NCBI GenBank assembly: GCA_030704615.1
Contig: CM060732.1
Coordinates: forward strand, 51,584,001 to 51,648,000
Source: Takakia lepidozioides
Taxonomy: Eukaryota; Plantae; Bryophyta
Length of the DNA stretch: 64,000 nt
Direction: 5' to 3'
The translations under genes and the position numbers were made by a program. Within the stretch, counting starts at the first letter, position 1. Each line of letters starts with the position of its first letter. Below, one piece after another: positions 11,770 through 25,500 of the stretch. The notes beneath the pieces were generated by a model. The model had not been told where the DNA came from and made no database searches. It saw nothing but the letters and a program-made list of their open reading frames with translations.

Positions 11770-14656
11770 GTCTGTAGTCAACGCTGCCAGGCTTGCACAA
11801 GCATTGCAAATGCAAACAAACATGATGTGGCCGGGCTTCACCCCTTCCCCCATCATTTCCTCATAGGTCTCCAAAGCCTCCATCCCACGTCCATGCATCT
11901 CGTTCAGCCATAGTGTTGAACACTCCTTTTGCATCCTTGATGCACCCACATTTTGCAAACATGTCAACCAGGATATTGTTCAGAATGACATTTGGTACAA
12001 TTCCAGCTCTGAAGATATCGCCATGGACCTGTTTCCCCTTCTCTAGAGCTGCCAGGGCAGTGTTCAGACTCACATTTGGTACAATTCCAGCTTTGATGAT
12101 ATCCCCATGCACCTCTTTGCCCTTCTCCAGGGCTGCCAGGCTTGCACAAGCATTGCAAATGCAAACAAACATGATGTGGCCGGGCTTCACCCCTTCCCCC
12201 ATCATTTCCTCATAGGTCTCCAAAGCCTCCATCCCACGTCCATGCATCTCGTTCAGCCATAGTGTTGAACACTCCTTTTGCATCCTTGATGCACCCACAT
12301 TTTGCAAACATGTCAACCAGGATATTGTTCAGAATGACATTTGGTACAATTCCAGCTCTGAAGATATCGCCATGGACCTGTTTCCCCTTCTCTAGAGCTG
12401 CCAGGGCAGTGTTCAGACTCACATTTGGTACAATTCCAGCTTTGATGATATCCCCATGCACCTCTTTGCCCTTCTCCAGGGCTGCCAGGCTTGCACAAGC
12501 ATTGCAAATGCAAACAAACATGATGTGGCCGGGCTTCACCCCTTCCCCCATCATTTCCTCATCGGTCTCCAAAGCCTCCATCCCACGTCCATGCTGTGCA
12601 TACCCTGCAAGCATCACTCCACGACACCACATCTCGTTCAGCCATAGTGTTGAACACTCCCTTTGCATCCTCGATGCACCCACATTTTGCAAGCATGTCA
12701 ACCAGGATATTGTTCAGAATGACATTTGGTACAATTCCAGCTCTTAAGGTATCGCCATGGACCTGTTTCCCCTTTTCTAGAGCTGCCAGGGCAGTGTTCA
12801 GACTCACATTTGGTACAATTCCAGCTTTGATGATATCCCCATGCACCTCTTTGCCCTTCTCCAGGGCTGCCAGGCTTGCACAAGCATTGCAAATGCAAAC
12901 AAACATGATGTGGCCGGGCTTCACCCCTTCCCCCATCATTTCCTCATAGGTCTCCAAAGCCTCCATCCCACGTCCATGCTGTGCATACCCTGCAAGCATC
13001 GCCTCCACGACACCACATCTCGTTCAGCCATAGTGTTGAACACTCCCTTTGCATCCTGGATGCACCCACATTTTGCAAACATGTCATGTCAACCACGGTA
13101 TTGTTCAGAATGACATTTGGTACAATTCCAGCTCTGAAGGTATCGCCATGGACCTGTTTCCCCTTTTCCAGAGCTGCCAGGGCATTGTTCAGACTGACAT
13201 TTGGTACAATTCCAGCTTTGATGATATCCCCATGCACCTCTTTGCCCTTCTCCAGGGCTGCCAGGCTTGCACAAGCATTGCAAATGCAAACAAACATGAT
13301 GTGGCCGGGCTTCACCCCTTCCCCCATCATTTCCTCATAGGTCTCCAAAGCCTCCATCCCACGTCCATGCTGTGCATACCCTGCAAGCATCGCCTCCACG
13401 ACACCACATCTCGTTCAGCCATAGTGTTGAACACTCCCTTTGCATCCTGGATGCACCCACATTTTGCAAACATGTCATGTCAACCACGGTATTGTTCAGA
13501 ATGACATTTGGTACAATTCCAGCTCTGAAGGTATCGCCATGGACCTGTTTCCCCTTTTCCAGAGCTGCCAGGGCATTGTTCAGACTGACATTTGGTACAA
13601 TTCCAGCTTTGATGATATCCCCATGCACCTCTTTGCCCTTCTCCAGGGCTGCCAGGCTTGCACAAGCATTGCAAATGCAAACAAACATGATGTGGCCGGG
13701 TTCACCCCTTCCCCCATCATTTCCTCATAGGTCTCCAAAGCCTCCATCCCACGTCCATGCTGTGCATACCCTGCAAGCATCGCCTCCACGACACCACATC
13801 TCGTTCAGCCATAGTGTTGAACACTCCTTTTGCATCCTTGATGCACCCACATTTTGCAAACATGTCAACCAGGATATTGTTCAGAATGACATTTGGTACA
13901 ATTCCAGCTCTGAAGATATCGCCATGGACCTGTTTCCCCTTTTCTAGAGCTGCCAGGGCAGTGTTCAGACTCACATTTGGTACAATTCCAGCTTTGATGA
14001 TATCCCCATGCACCTCTTTGCCCTTCTCCAGGGCTGCCAGGCTTGCACAAGCATTGCAAATGCAAACAAACATGATGTGGCCGGGCTTCACCCCTTCCCC
14101 CATCATTTCCTCATCGGTCTCCAAAGCCTCCATTCCACGTCCATGCTGTGCATACCCTGCAAGCATCACTCCACGACACCACATCTCGTTCAGCCATAGT
14201 GTTGAACACTCCCTTTGCATCCTCGATGCACCCACATTTTGCAAACATGTCATGTCAACCACGGTATTGTTCAGAATGACATTTGGTACAATTCCAGCTC
14301 TGAAGGTATCGCCATGGACCTGTTTCCCCTTTTCCAGAGCTGCCAGGGCATTGTTCAGACTGACATTTGGTACAATTCCAGCTTTGATGATATCCCCATG
14401 CACCTCTTTGCCCTTCTCCAGGGCTGCCAGGCTTGCACAAGCATTGCAAATGCAAACAAACATGATGTGGCCGGGTTCACCCCTTCCCCCATCATTTCCT
14501 CATAGGTCTCCAAAGCCTCCATCCCACGTCCACGACACCACATCTCGTTCAGCCATAGTGTTGAACACTCCCTTTGTGTCCTCGATGCACGCACATTTTG
14601 CAAACATGTCCACCAGGGTATTGTTCAGAATGACAGTTGGTACAATTCCAGCTCTG
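11770..14656 (-). repeat. Tandem array (~8 units of 349-391 bp) of PLS-class PPR-coding sequence, out of frame
   Basis: Repeated VVSW..MLAGYAQHGRGMEAL...GVKPGHIMFVCICNACASLAALEKGKEVH...NNILVDMFAKCG.I.DAKGVFNTMAERD. Unit spacings are 349, 349, 385, 391, 391, 385 and 390 bp, mostly not multiples of 3. Confidence 0.92.
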
Positions 14657-14998
14657 AGTCTGACTGCAACACCTGCAGCTGCTTTGCAAGCCCATACCCC
14701 ACTCAACCCACAGACCCTATATCCTAAGACCAAAATGATTCCAAGAAAATCCTTTGCCCTCTAGGCGAAAGCCAAAGTGAAGGGGCAGTTCCAACAAAGG
14801 CTGGTGATTGTCAATCACGATAAAAATGGGGCAGAACACATGCAGGAGTACTTTCAATAATTGAGGGACTGAACAAGCTGTCACTTCAAGTAGGAAAATG
14901 CAGCAGCGATGTGGCTCCTTTCCGACCCCTTAACAGATGCTGAAACCCATGTGGGGCTTGAACCCACTGGCATGCCCAGCCAATTCAGGCTTGCATGT

Positions 14999-17900
14999 GG
15001 GTGAAATGTTAGGGCAAACTGCAAGTACTATGAACTATTGCTCGGACAGTCCATTGTACTTGTCCCCCTTTAGGTGGCATAATATGGATGCAATGGATGC
15101 AAATGGACCCGCGAGCAAATGGATGCAAATGCAAATGCATACACATACACAACCCCTTTGTACGCCTAATCGTCGTTTGAATCCAGTGCTGCAATTGCAG
15201 CCCTTACCCCATCTTCATCGTATTCCGGCAACTTATAAACCATATCATTCCCTGCAACCCTGTGATCAGCTGGAACCATAGGAAACTTGATGGCTCGTAC
15301 ATGTTCCGAGTGCATATAGACCACCTGCGAATTCCTGAGAAGGACATAAGTGTCCTCCCCTGTCCCCCACTTTTGGTAGTATTTTCCAGCGACAACATGT
15401 CTCCTTGTACAAACTCTGTGCCCCATGCATCAGTGAATGGGTTCTTCACTGCATGAAGAGCAGCAACACAACAAATGACATAAAAGTCAACACCCTCATC
15501 GTTCTCTTCCTCTGCATTTATGGCAAAATTGTCTCCTATGTCAATGAGGGAGGCAAGGTAATCACCATTGACTCCAAATTGATCCCAATCCTCGTCAGCC
15601 ACTTCTTGTATGGCATGCCGCACTGCAGCAGTGTTTTTAGGGATCAAAGTTTCCAGCTCCCACTGTCCAGTCCAAGCTGCATTCACGCAGTTTCTCCACT
15701 GTGAATCAAGGCAAAAACAGCAAAAGCATGCCAAGTTTTTTTTCATCAGCTTGTTAGTATCTCCACTGGCAACAGAGCGTACCGAATGTAGTTTCTTTGA
15801 TCCCTTTACAGGATCACAATCATGTGCATTATGACGATTGACATCTCTTTCTTTCACATTCCAGAATACGCGGCACACATCTCGTTTCACCCGAGTATGA
15901 AGTCTCAGGCCTTGAAGACAGATGCTCTTTCAGAAACTGAACCACATCTTCTGCATTTTGCAGCTTTGGACCTTGCGCATCTAGTTGATGGTAGCGAAGG
16001 AATCTTTTGATAACTGCACCAGCCCCATCGTGAGGGCCCTTGCCATGCCCTGTACCAAAGAAGCTCCAAAGCAACACACACCCTCCTGTGAGAAAAGGGT
16101 ATCTACTGACAAAATACCACGGCACCTTGCTCTTGAATTGGGCAGAGCACCCATCACTCCATATCCAGTGTTGCGTAGGGCGAAACAATGTAGTGGTCAC
16201 ATGTTCCCAATGTAGCATCATGCAAAATAATTGTCATGTACTTTGTCGTCGGAAATAAAAAAATGGTACTCCATCAAACTGTCAGAGGCAGGGTCAAGTA
16301 CATCTTGTTGGGGATTTTGACGCCAAGATATTAGAACCAAAATAGTGACTTGGTATGAATGCCAGTGCATGCTTTGCACTTCATTCTGGACTTCAAAACT
16401 ATAATTTGCAGAAAAGTCCACAACTGAAACCAATACTCAGCTGGAAAATTCTTCAAGCATTCCTTGAATTGTTTGTCTTGCCATTGAACCACGAAATTGT
16501 GACGAATGAAAAACTGGAGTTTAGGCTTCAAATACCATACTAACTCATGAGGTGGTGTCCGCTTGCACATGGAGAGTCAGTTTCTTTCTCTCTTGTCCCT
16601 TCTTCGTAACGATTGTTTGCAAATCGAAGTGCTTCCACTCCACAATATGTTGTGAGGAACCATCCTCCTCGATTGGACAAAGAGGGAGATTATCAGCACC
16701 ACACATTAGACACTCTCCATACATACACTCTCTCTCTTGTGCCATTCCGCATACTCCTCCTTAGGGCACACCACGGACTCCCACATAAGAGTAAGTCTAT
16801 CAAAGGTGGTGAATGCACCCATGCAGCCATTCACACCATTCCATTGGCATACATCATCACAGTCACATTCACATTCAGCAATGAATACCCGACTTTGTTC
16901 GCATGTTATTGAAGCCCAACCGCAACTCCTCCATTTCCACATGGTAAATGCAACAGCATACATTTCTGTCTTTCATTCGTTTCACAAAAAAAGGTTTCAA
17001 TGCATCAAAGGAACGTTTCCCTATGATGGTAGTCGGGTTGGTTCTTTGAAATCGCAAATAAAAGTCCATCTACACAGGCAAAACAGTTATTAACAAAACA
17101 ACATGGTTGCAACTCCAAAAATTGACAATGAATAAAAAATACTCCAAATACAATCCAGAAACCTCCACAGCTGCAATTACTCCCTTATTTTCCACATACA
17201 TACCATGCCAATCACTATGAAGTCCATAGTTAGTCCATGGCAAGTCCATATGAAGATGTTGCATTCACAAACAACACATACACTCCATGAATACTCCACC
17301 AACAATCCAAGACATTCCAGAATTTGAACAATGAACTGCACCATGGATAGGCAGTCCCCATTTTTCAACATGACTAGGCACACACTACTACAAAGGTCCA
17401 AGTGTCTCCACAACAAATCACTATGAATGTCATCACTCCCATGTGAACCTGCTACATACCCAAAAACAGCAATGAGAACCTCCTATATTCCCCAAAATGA
17501 TAGAGAATTCCAGATTTCAAAGTAAGGGCAAAGTGAGGGATTGAATGCAAGGTACACACCTGAGGCTCCATGAGGTAGTGGGTAGGTTTTTCATCGTAAT
17601 GAAATGCTTTCAGGCGTTTTCTGGTGACATCCTTTCGATTAGGGCTAACTCGTGTTTGAGACACCCACCAGGAAACCACCAACGTTTTTGTTGCCTCTGA
17701 AAGAATGTCACATCTGGGCTTTCTTAAGAACAGAGTCCAGGGAATGTGAGCAGTTGAATCCACGAGTTTTTGCCGCTCCACAGCCAAAATGACGTTTCGA
17801 TGGTGGATACCAAGCACTTGAGCCTTAGATCGTAGGGAAGTTCCAGACCCGCCTCTCACAACAGCATTCAAAAGCGCATGCTTGCTGGCCAAAGTATCTG

Positions 17901-19344
17901 CTGATTTTGCCATTTTCAGCTCAGACAGGGACTTTATCAGTCCGTCTATGACCTCCTGTTGTGCTTCGACAATCTTAGGATCTTGAACATAAGCAGGAAA
18001 CAAAGTGGAGACTGACGGGTGTGAAAGGACCTTCTCCAAGACGAGCTTCTTGCTCGCAAGTCCAGGGAATATGCACAATGTTTTCGAAATGCACTCAGTA
18101 ATACAGTGTGCAGCCCTTCTCACTTCCCTTTCCAAGACAACTTCGTCCATATTGCCAGTACCCCTGCAATTGCTATGAATAGGGTTCGGCTGAACTGTTC
18201 CAGCTTGTTTGCGGGCCCTATAACGAGACTGAGTCAGTCGTTTCCGCTCATTGAAAGCACGAAGTCTTTCCACTTGCAAAGCGGCCTCCTTAGCTCTTTG
18301 TTTGGGCCCAGGCCGAGATGGTCCTCTCTGCTGAGGAGCCATTCTTCTACGCTTGAATCGTAAAACCTGCACATGTACCACTTGTCGAACATAAGGGCAT
18401 GCAGTAAGCAAGACAACCAGCAGACCTTGTATAGAATAAAATCACCTTCTCGAGGCCCATCAATACAATACCATGGAAGAGGTTCTAGAGGAAACTTAGG
18501 CTTTGGCTGGAAAGGTGCATATGAGGCATTTCCACATATGCTCAAATGTGTCATAGCAAAGAACAGAACTTCAAGTTCGACATCCTCAGCACTGAAGTAT
18601 TCTTCATCGTTATCAAGAATCCGCATCGCGATGATTAAATAAAACTCACCCAGAGTACACACTCAGGCTGTATACAACAGAGCGCACATGAGAACAGTAG
18701 AAGAGAGAGAGCTCGAAAGCACGCAAGTTTTGCAAAATTCAAAATCGCGTTTTCACATTATTATTTAAACAAAAATAAAACAAAAAATAAAAAACCGACA
18801 CGTCAGCTGGTATCGACCCAGAGTTTTCCAACGGATTAGTCCATGTAGCAACGGGCCATTGTACAACATCCTCTTTTACACCCTTTTAGTAAAAGGAACC
18901 ACCCCTAAAATAAAAAACACAATCCACCATGGACTTTTGCAAAAACCTCCATTTTTTGGACATATATTAGTCCATAGGTGTCAAATGGCAAATGATTTTG
19001 CCACTTCAAAGTTATATATATAAGTTCTCCAAAATGGCCCTCTTATGTCCAAATTTCAATGGAATTCATCAATGGCACATATACATTTTTTAGTTCATGT
19101 GTTTCCATCCGCTGTGGAAACAGTCCATCGTTGTTGTCCTCAAAAGTCCATAGTGTTCTCATTTTTTATCGGATTGTCAATTGGATAGTTGCCATAGGTA
19201 GATATTGAAGCTAGGAATCCAATGCCATATATATTTATTGGTATTAGTGATAATATTGAAAAAGTATTGAAGTGGCATCAATTGCAGTCACAAAAAACTG
19301 TGCCGGTAACGTCCATTTTGGTCCAGTCAACCCTGCATTCACCC
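14999..19344 (-). mobile_element. Sola2-like DDD DNA transposon, copy 1 (decayed)
   Basis: Transposase fragments 18662-15166 with VVDFSANYSFEVQNEVQSMHW, WSDGCSAQFKS, GTGHGKGPHDGAGA and a Cys-rich CCCIYH...CECDCDDVC region. Candidate imperfect TIRs gggtgaaatgttagggcaaactg (14999) and cagtcaaccctgcattcaccc (ends 19344). No matching TSD is seen, so the boundaries are approximate. Confidence 0.7.
15166..18662 (-). pseudogene. Intron-containing Sola-like transposase with multiple frameshifts
   Basis: Collinear ORF pieces 18234-18662, 17452-18411, 16875-17069, 16706-16963, 16545-16745, 16331-16570, 16218-16433, 15829-16221, 15204-15890 and 15166-15426, homologous to 36277-38405. Confidence 0.8.
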
Positions 19345-19819
19345 GACACTTGAATGGAAACGGTTCGGGCAGTCGGCGGAAGAGGGTATATGGAACTTCC
19401 AAACGCAAACTGGAACATGGTACATGACTATATTACTAGAGTGTCGGTTCTGTTATCAATTCTGGACATTTTTTCAGATGCAGGCAACAAAAAAGAAATG
19501 ACGTTTTACATTCAAATGTGTGCGTTTGCATCCTTAATGATTATGTGATCCCCTTGTTCAACCTTTTTTGGTAAAAAAACTTTCAACTCCATAACATGTT
19601 TCCTGTGGAAGCTGGTAACACCTAGCTTCCACAAATGTTGTACTCCAGCTGTTGATTGATGTACGCGGATGGTGATCATCACCATGAATAAATCAACACT
19701 TTGCCCCAATAAGACTTTCCGCGAATTTGGTGCTCCAGCAGTTTGAAGATGTACACAGATGGTGACTATCACGGGAAGCTTCATTGCAGGGGAGAATGAA
19801 TCACCAAACAGCTGAAGTA

Positions 19820-22045
19820 TTGGATTGCAGGGTGTGTTAGTCCCAAAAATATACCATGGGAGAAGACTTTGATAGATATCTTCAGATGTTTGAGGTCATT
19901 TCTAGTGTCAATGGAGTGCCTGAGAATTTCAAGATGATGATCTTTAGGATGAGCATGAAGGGACCGGCTCGTGATTTACTGATCCCAGCCTCAACTGGGC
20001 AACTCTGGTGGAATGGGCAAAGACCTTGTTCAAACCTCCTGAGAGTCCTTTGGATTGCTTTACCAAGTTTTCTGCCAGGACTTACCAACCTGGGGAATCC
20101 TTGTGGAAGTATTACATGGATCTTAAATTTGCTGCTGTTGAAAATATCATAGACCCGGCGGAGAGGGATTGTATGGTTAAAAGGTATTTTCTCCTTGGGT
20201 TGCCTTCCAATGTTCAGAATTGGGCTCAGCGACATCATTTTGTCAATGACAAGACTATGTTAGCAGAAATTAATCTTAAAATGACAGACTTGGCTGACAG
20301 CAATTCAATGCAACATCATGCCAAGTTTCAAGCTCCAATGGGCTCAGAGCTTGGCATGTCTGCAACATCCTCACCCTATGTTCCTCCTGCTATGACATAC
20401 AAAGTTGATGATTTTACTCTTCAGGGATTGGCTAATACTATGGGAAGTCTTAGTGAGTCTGTGGCCACTCAGTTTGCTGCCATGCAGGCTCATCAACAGA
20501 GGTAGCAGCCTCGACATGGCCAAGGACCAACAGGTGGTAACAATAGAGGTCGAACCCAGACTGTACAAGCCTATGAGGGTAATTGTGCTACCTGTTACAT
20601 TTGTGGGTCATTTGAACACTAGACGAAGCATTGTCCAGACAGAGCAGGGCTACCAGAGCTGATCAAGAACAAGAAGACAGCTAGTGGCTCATCCCCTCTT
20701 TTAAACTAGAGAGATCTCTTAGGAAGGGGGCAAGAGGTCCATCATCTACCAACCCTACTTCTTTTGTTCCGATTCAAGCTGTTTTATCTACTAACTTTAA
20801 AGCTTTGCATTGTCCTCTCAGTAGACAAACTGCTGGCCAGCAGATCAGTCCCCTCATGGCCCAATGCCATATCCACAAGCTCGGCTTTCCCTGTGTGGTT
20901 GATACTGGATGCACTATATCTGATATACCTTTAAGTGTTGTAAGAGTTCTTGGTCTTAAACTATGCCCTGCCACAAGTATTGAGGTGCTTATTGCAGATG
21001 TATCTAGGTATGAGCCCTTAGGACTAGTCATTGTTCCCATCAGAATTCATAAAAAGGAGGTTGTGGTGACCTGCATAGTCACCATTGGAGATCAATTCAT
21101 TATAGGCCTTGACTAGATGACTGGAGCCGGTGCCACCATCAGCTTAGCAGACTACTCCCTTCGCTTTAACAATGGAGAAGGGCATGAAGTAGTGGTTCCC
21201 TTGAAAGCAGTGAAGATCAAGGTTGGGTCTGCTACAGCCAATTTGTCCAGAGTCCAAGCCCTGGTAAAGGAGGTACAGCAGAACTCTCACTCCAACCTCA
21301 ATTGGAATGATTTCTACGAGTTTCAGCCTGATCTTCAACTCTTATATCAGTGGCATGTTCCTGGTGCTAGGGATAGGACAGGGGTACCCATAGCTATTCC
21401 AAAGAATTCTACTCTAATTCGTGCACCTCTCAACATCACCATCCCTGCCTTGATCCAGAAGGTGGTCAAGTCTAGTCTGGCCTTCTTGTGTCCAGGTGCT
21501 CATTTCCTAGAAGTTGAAGGATGGAGGAGACTGACTACCCTTAAGCATTGTCTGGTGGCACTGGTGTTCTAGATAGAGGATATAGGCAAGGAGTCAAGAT
21601 TCTGATTGCTAATCCCAAGCGCTTCCCTGTGACTATTAAAAAGGGGCAGGTTCTGGCTCGCATCACTGTTCTACCCATTGCTGAAATACAAGAGGTGCAA
21701 GCTGGCTTTGGACTTGAAGCCATTGACATCCAACATGGCCCCTTAGATGAGGTTGTTGTTTTTGCTGCAGTTGCACCACCACCTCTCCCTGATCTCAGCC
21801 TAGAAGGTAAGACGGCCCTCACCAAAGTTTTATCTGAAATCAAGTTGGGCACAACTCTCTCCTCAAGACAAAGGAGGAAAGTAAAAATGCTAATTGCAAA
21901 AAATCTAGATGTTTTCAGTTTGGGATCCACTGATTTATGGCACACTCCAATTCTTCAACATGACATTGTCACTGAAGCGGCTTCTATTAAACAATTTGCT
22001 TACCGAGAGAGTGTCAAGGAACGTGTTGTTATCCAAGAAGAAGTC
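19820..22045 (+). mobile_element. Ty3/Gypsy element A, 5' piece: gag, Zn knuckle, protease, dUTPase-like domain, start of RT
   Basis: Gag EDFDRYLQMFE...; CYICGSFEH*TKHC knuckle (~20593); protease VVDTGC; dUTPase-like GVLDRGYRQGVKILIANP...IKKGQVLARI; pre-RT region IKQFAYRESVKERVVIQEEV, cut at 22045. Confidence 0.85.
20700..20760 (+). promoter_or_regulatory. Putative -1 ribosomal frameshift site at the gag-pol junction of element A
   Basis: TTTAAAC heptamer (20700-20706) followed by TAG, then a stem gatctctt...aagaggtc enclosing a purine-rich loop that could pair with the downstream ccctactt. Confidence 0.55.
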
Positions 22046-22393
22046 TGTCGTGCGCATACGTATCGCTACACAACTACATCGCTGTCCAAACCACACCACA
22101 CATATATGCACAATAAAGTAGTCTACCACAATCGCCCCCCTAGCTGGTGGATAGGTCCCTCTGCCTCCAGATAGCTACAAGATGTAATAGCCACAGCCGT
22201 ACTAAGTCCTCTATCACTGTCCCTATGGCACTCAAACTCTATAGACCAAGAGGCCGGGTACAAGAATAGCCCCATCGTTAGTCGCCGTCTTGCAATCTGT
22301 GAACCTGAGCCAGGATCTCGTGTGTTCAAGGTCTCCTAGTAGCTGGGCCTTGCGTTGCTTGTTAGCCTTCCATGGTTGTATCCACTCCCACTA

Positions 22394-22535
22394 TCCAATG
22401 CAATGTGGACATAACCAATCCCCATCTGGAATCATCTCAAGAGGTGGAGTCAAGCATCCCATATGCCAACCTCTAGAGCATCGATCGCACACCAGCATGG
22501 TGGCTGCCCCTTTAGCAGATCCACACAACATGCAC
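22394..22535 (-). CDS. PHD finger at the integrase C-terminus of element B
   Basis: CMLCGSAKGAATMLVCDRCSRGWHMGCLTPPLEMIPDGDWLCPHC is a complete C4HC3 pattern. Confidence 0.9.
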
Positions 22536-25500
22536 CTCAAACCTGCAGATACCACTGCCAAGTTTGGGTCAATCCTGCCATCGACATTCGGAAGGTGACA
22601 TGGCGCACAATTACGCACATGGTCCTTCCAAGTTATGCCATCCCGACCCTCCAAGACCAAGACGCCTGAGGGCAAGACCTCTCGAACCCTCAAAATAACA
22701 CGTCCTGCAGTCACATCCAGGGTCGTAGGAGCAGTCTGCTGCAGATAGACATAGTCACCAGGGTTGAATCTCCGAACCCCAGGACAATAGCCCCCACCAC
22801 GTATGGTAGCATACCTCAACGTATCACGGTGTTGTGCAATGGCAAGGTTCTCGAAAGCCATGGGCATGACTCTCTTGAACAACTCTGCACGCTGCTCACA
22901 TGCACGTGCCCAAACGTCCGGATCGTCAAGGTTAAGAACTGTAGCAGCTTCTCTGCCAATGGATGTAGGCAAATCCGGCTCTCGGCCAAAGAGAAGAAAG
23001 TATGGTGAGAAGGAGGCAAGTGATGCTTGCTTGCTGAACCTGTAGCGCATGGCTAACCAGGGTAACTGAAGGTCCCAATCTCCTAGGTGTCCCTTCTGCA
23101 AGCCATACTTGCGCAAACCCCTCTTTACTGTCTGAACAACTCTCTCTGCCAAGCCATCGGCCTCAGGATGATCCCGAGAAGTGGTGCGGTGGTCTATCAA
23201 GGCCTTGTCACACAAAGCCTGAAACTCCTCCAAGAACTCTCTTCCTTGGTCCGTGAGTACCTCAGCTGGAGCACCGAATCGGCTAAGCACACAATCCAGG
23301 AATGCATACGCAGCTCCCTCACTAGCCTTATCAGGCAATGGAACCAATTCAATCCACTTGGAGAAGTGCTCCACCATCACCAACACGTACTTGTTGTGGC
23401 GCATGGTCAGTGGCAACGACCCTGCGAAGTCAAGACTCCACCTGTAGCCCAATCCCATGATTGGAAGAGGGTGCAATTGTGGAGTAGGGGCGTTGAATGA
23501 AGCACGCACCTTGTCACACACCATGCACCTAGCCACAAATTGTTGCACCTCTGTGTGCATACCACGCCACCAATACTGCCCCTGCAGTAGACTATGAGTG
23601 CGTCGCACCCCAAAATGCCCCAACTCCTCATGGGCATGCCGCACTAACCGTGCCCGCTGTGTTGGGTGAGGCACAATCCTCACTCGACCATCCTCCCACA
23701 CTTGGAGCAGGTGTGTCCCCTCCCACTTGAACCTCTTGGCTCGTTGTAGGATCCGATCCCTCTCTTTGGCAGTCACAGTGGCTGCCGTGTCTCCAGTGCG
23801 GAGGTAGTCCAACACAGCTGAATCCTCATGTATATCTTTGGTGCCACCTTGCTCATTGTTGGCCTCAGGGTCCTCAGACACTTGATCTATAGTCATCCCT
23901 ATTGCAGGTCCAACCTGACCTTCCGCTGCCAAGATACACAGAAAATGCAGATGCATGTCATCAAGGCACCATCTCCTCGTCCGTCTCACCATGCCACCGA
24001 GCTCTAGTGTCATCCTGCTGACTCGTGCATAGATTGCGATTCAACCCATCTGCATCACGATTGACCAAACCCGGTCGATGCACAACTTGAAAGTCATACT
24101 GTTGAAGGATGAGTGCCCACCATGCAAACTTCCCCGTAAGCTTGTCCGACTCCATCAACCACTTGAGTGGTTGGTGATCCGTGACAAGGGTGAAGAGATT
24201 GCCGTATAGATAGCACCTGAAGTGTGCCACGGCCCACACTGCAGCTAAGCATTCTCCCTCATATGAGCTATACTTAGCCTCTGCAGCGTTGTTCGAGCGA
24301 CTGACATAAGCCACTACGAACTCTCTTCCCTCATCATCCACCTGTGTGAGCACCGCTCCAAGCCCCAACATGCTCCAATCTGTATGCAGCTGAAAAGGAC
24401 GCCCCCTGATAGGTCGTCTCAAGATGGGCGCCGAGGTCAACCTCGCCTTGAGCTCTTGGAAACTCGTTCTTGCTTCCCACTGCCACTCTTGGTCCACCTT
24501 GGTCAGCTTGGTTAGAGCCTTTGCAATGGCACTAAATCCCTTGACAAACCGTCTATAATAGTTTGCCAACCCCATGGAAGCTCGAACTCGGCTCACATCC
24601 GTGGGGCATGGAATCTGTGCAATGGACTCTACCTTAGTTCGCTGTACCCCCAATCCTCCAGGATATATCATGTGACGCAGATACTCAATTTGGTTGTGGA
24701 AAAACTTGCACTTCCCCGGATGCAACTTCAATCCGTGCGCCCTCAAGCGCTCAAATATCACCTGAAGGTGTCTCTCACGCTCCTCCACCGTAGCACTAAA
24801 GATGATGATGTCATCTATGTAGCACTGAGCAAACTCCACCCCTGCTACAATCCTGTCCATGACTCTCTGAAACTCTGTCGGAGCGTTCTTAAGCCCAAAT
24901 GGTAAAAACAGCCACTGGTATAGGCAATCCTTCCCGTGCTCATTGATCCCCCAGAATGTCGTCTTCTACTTATCCGCCTCCTTGATCGGCAACTGGTGAT
25001 ATCCGGATCGTAAATCCGAAGTGTTAAAGACCTTGGCATGCCCAATGGCATCAAAGATCTCCTCTGGTGTCGTGGCATACCTATCGGACTTGGTCTGACG
25101 ATTTACAGGCCGGTAATCACTGCACATACGTCTCTCCGTCCAATTGTCATAGACATCCTTCTTGGCTGGCATCACTGTGGCTGAAGCATACTCTCCCCCA
25201 GATAGCTCCACCAAACCAGCCTCCCAAAGGTCCTGAGTTCTCATCTGAATCAAGGACCTCTCCATGTCACTGTATCTATAGGGTCTCCGAAAGATTGGCG
25301 TGTCAGTAGTCAGTTCAATGCGAATCTCTTGACCCTTCAGTGCTCCTAAGTCCTTCAAACTGAAAGCAAAGTAGTTCTTGTAAGCCCTCAAGGACCGCCG
25401 TATACGTCGTCTTTCTCCTCCGGTGACTATAGGTCCAATATCAGGCTCCCAGTTGTCCTCCGTGACTTCAACCTTGAGTCCAGCAGGCTTAGAGGTAGAA

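Noticed and set aside
11913-14764. Long plus-strand ORFs over the PPR array
   Set aside because: They are antisense shadows of the minus-strand PPR repeats.
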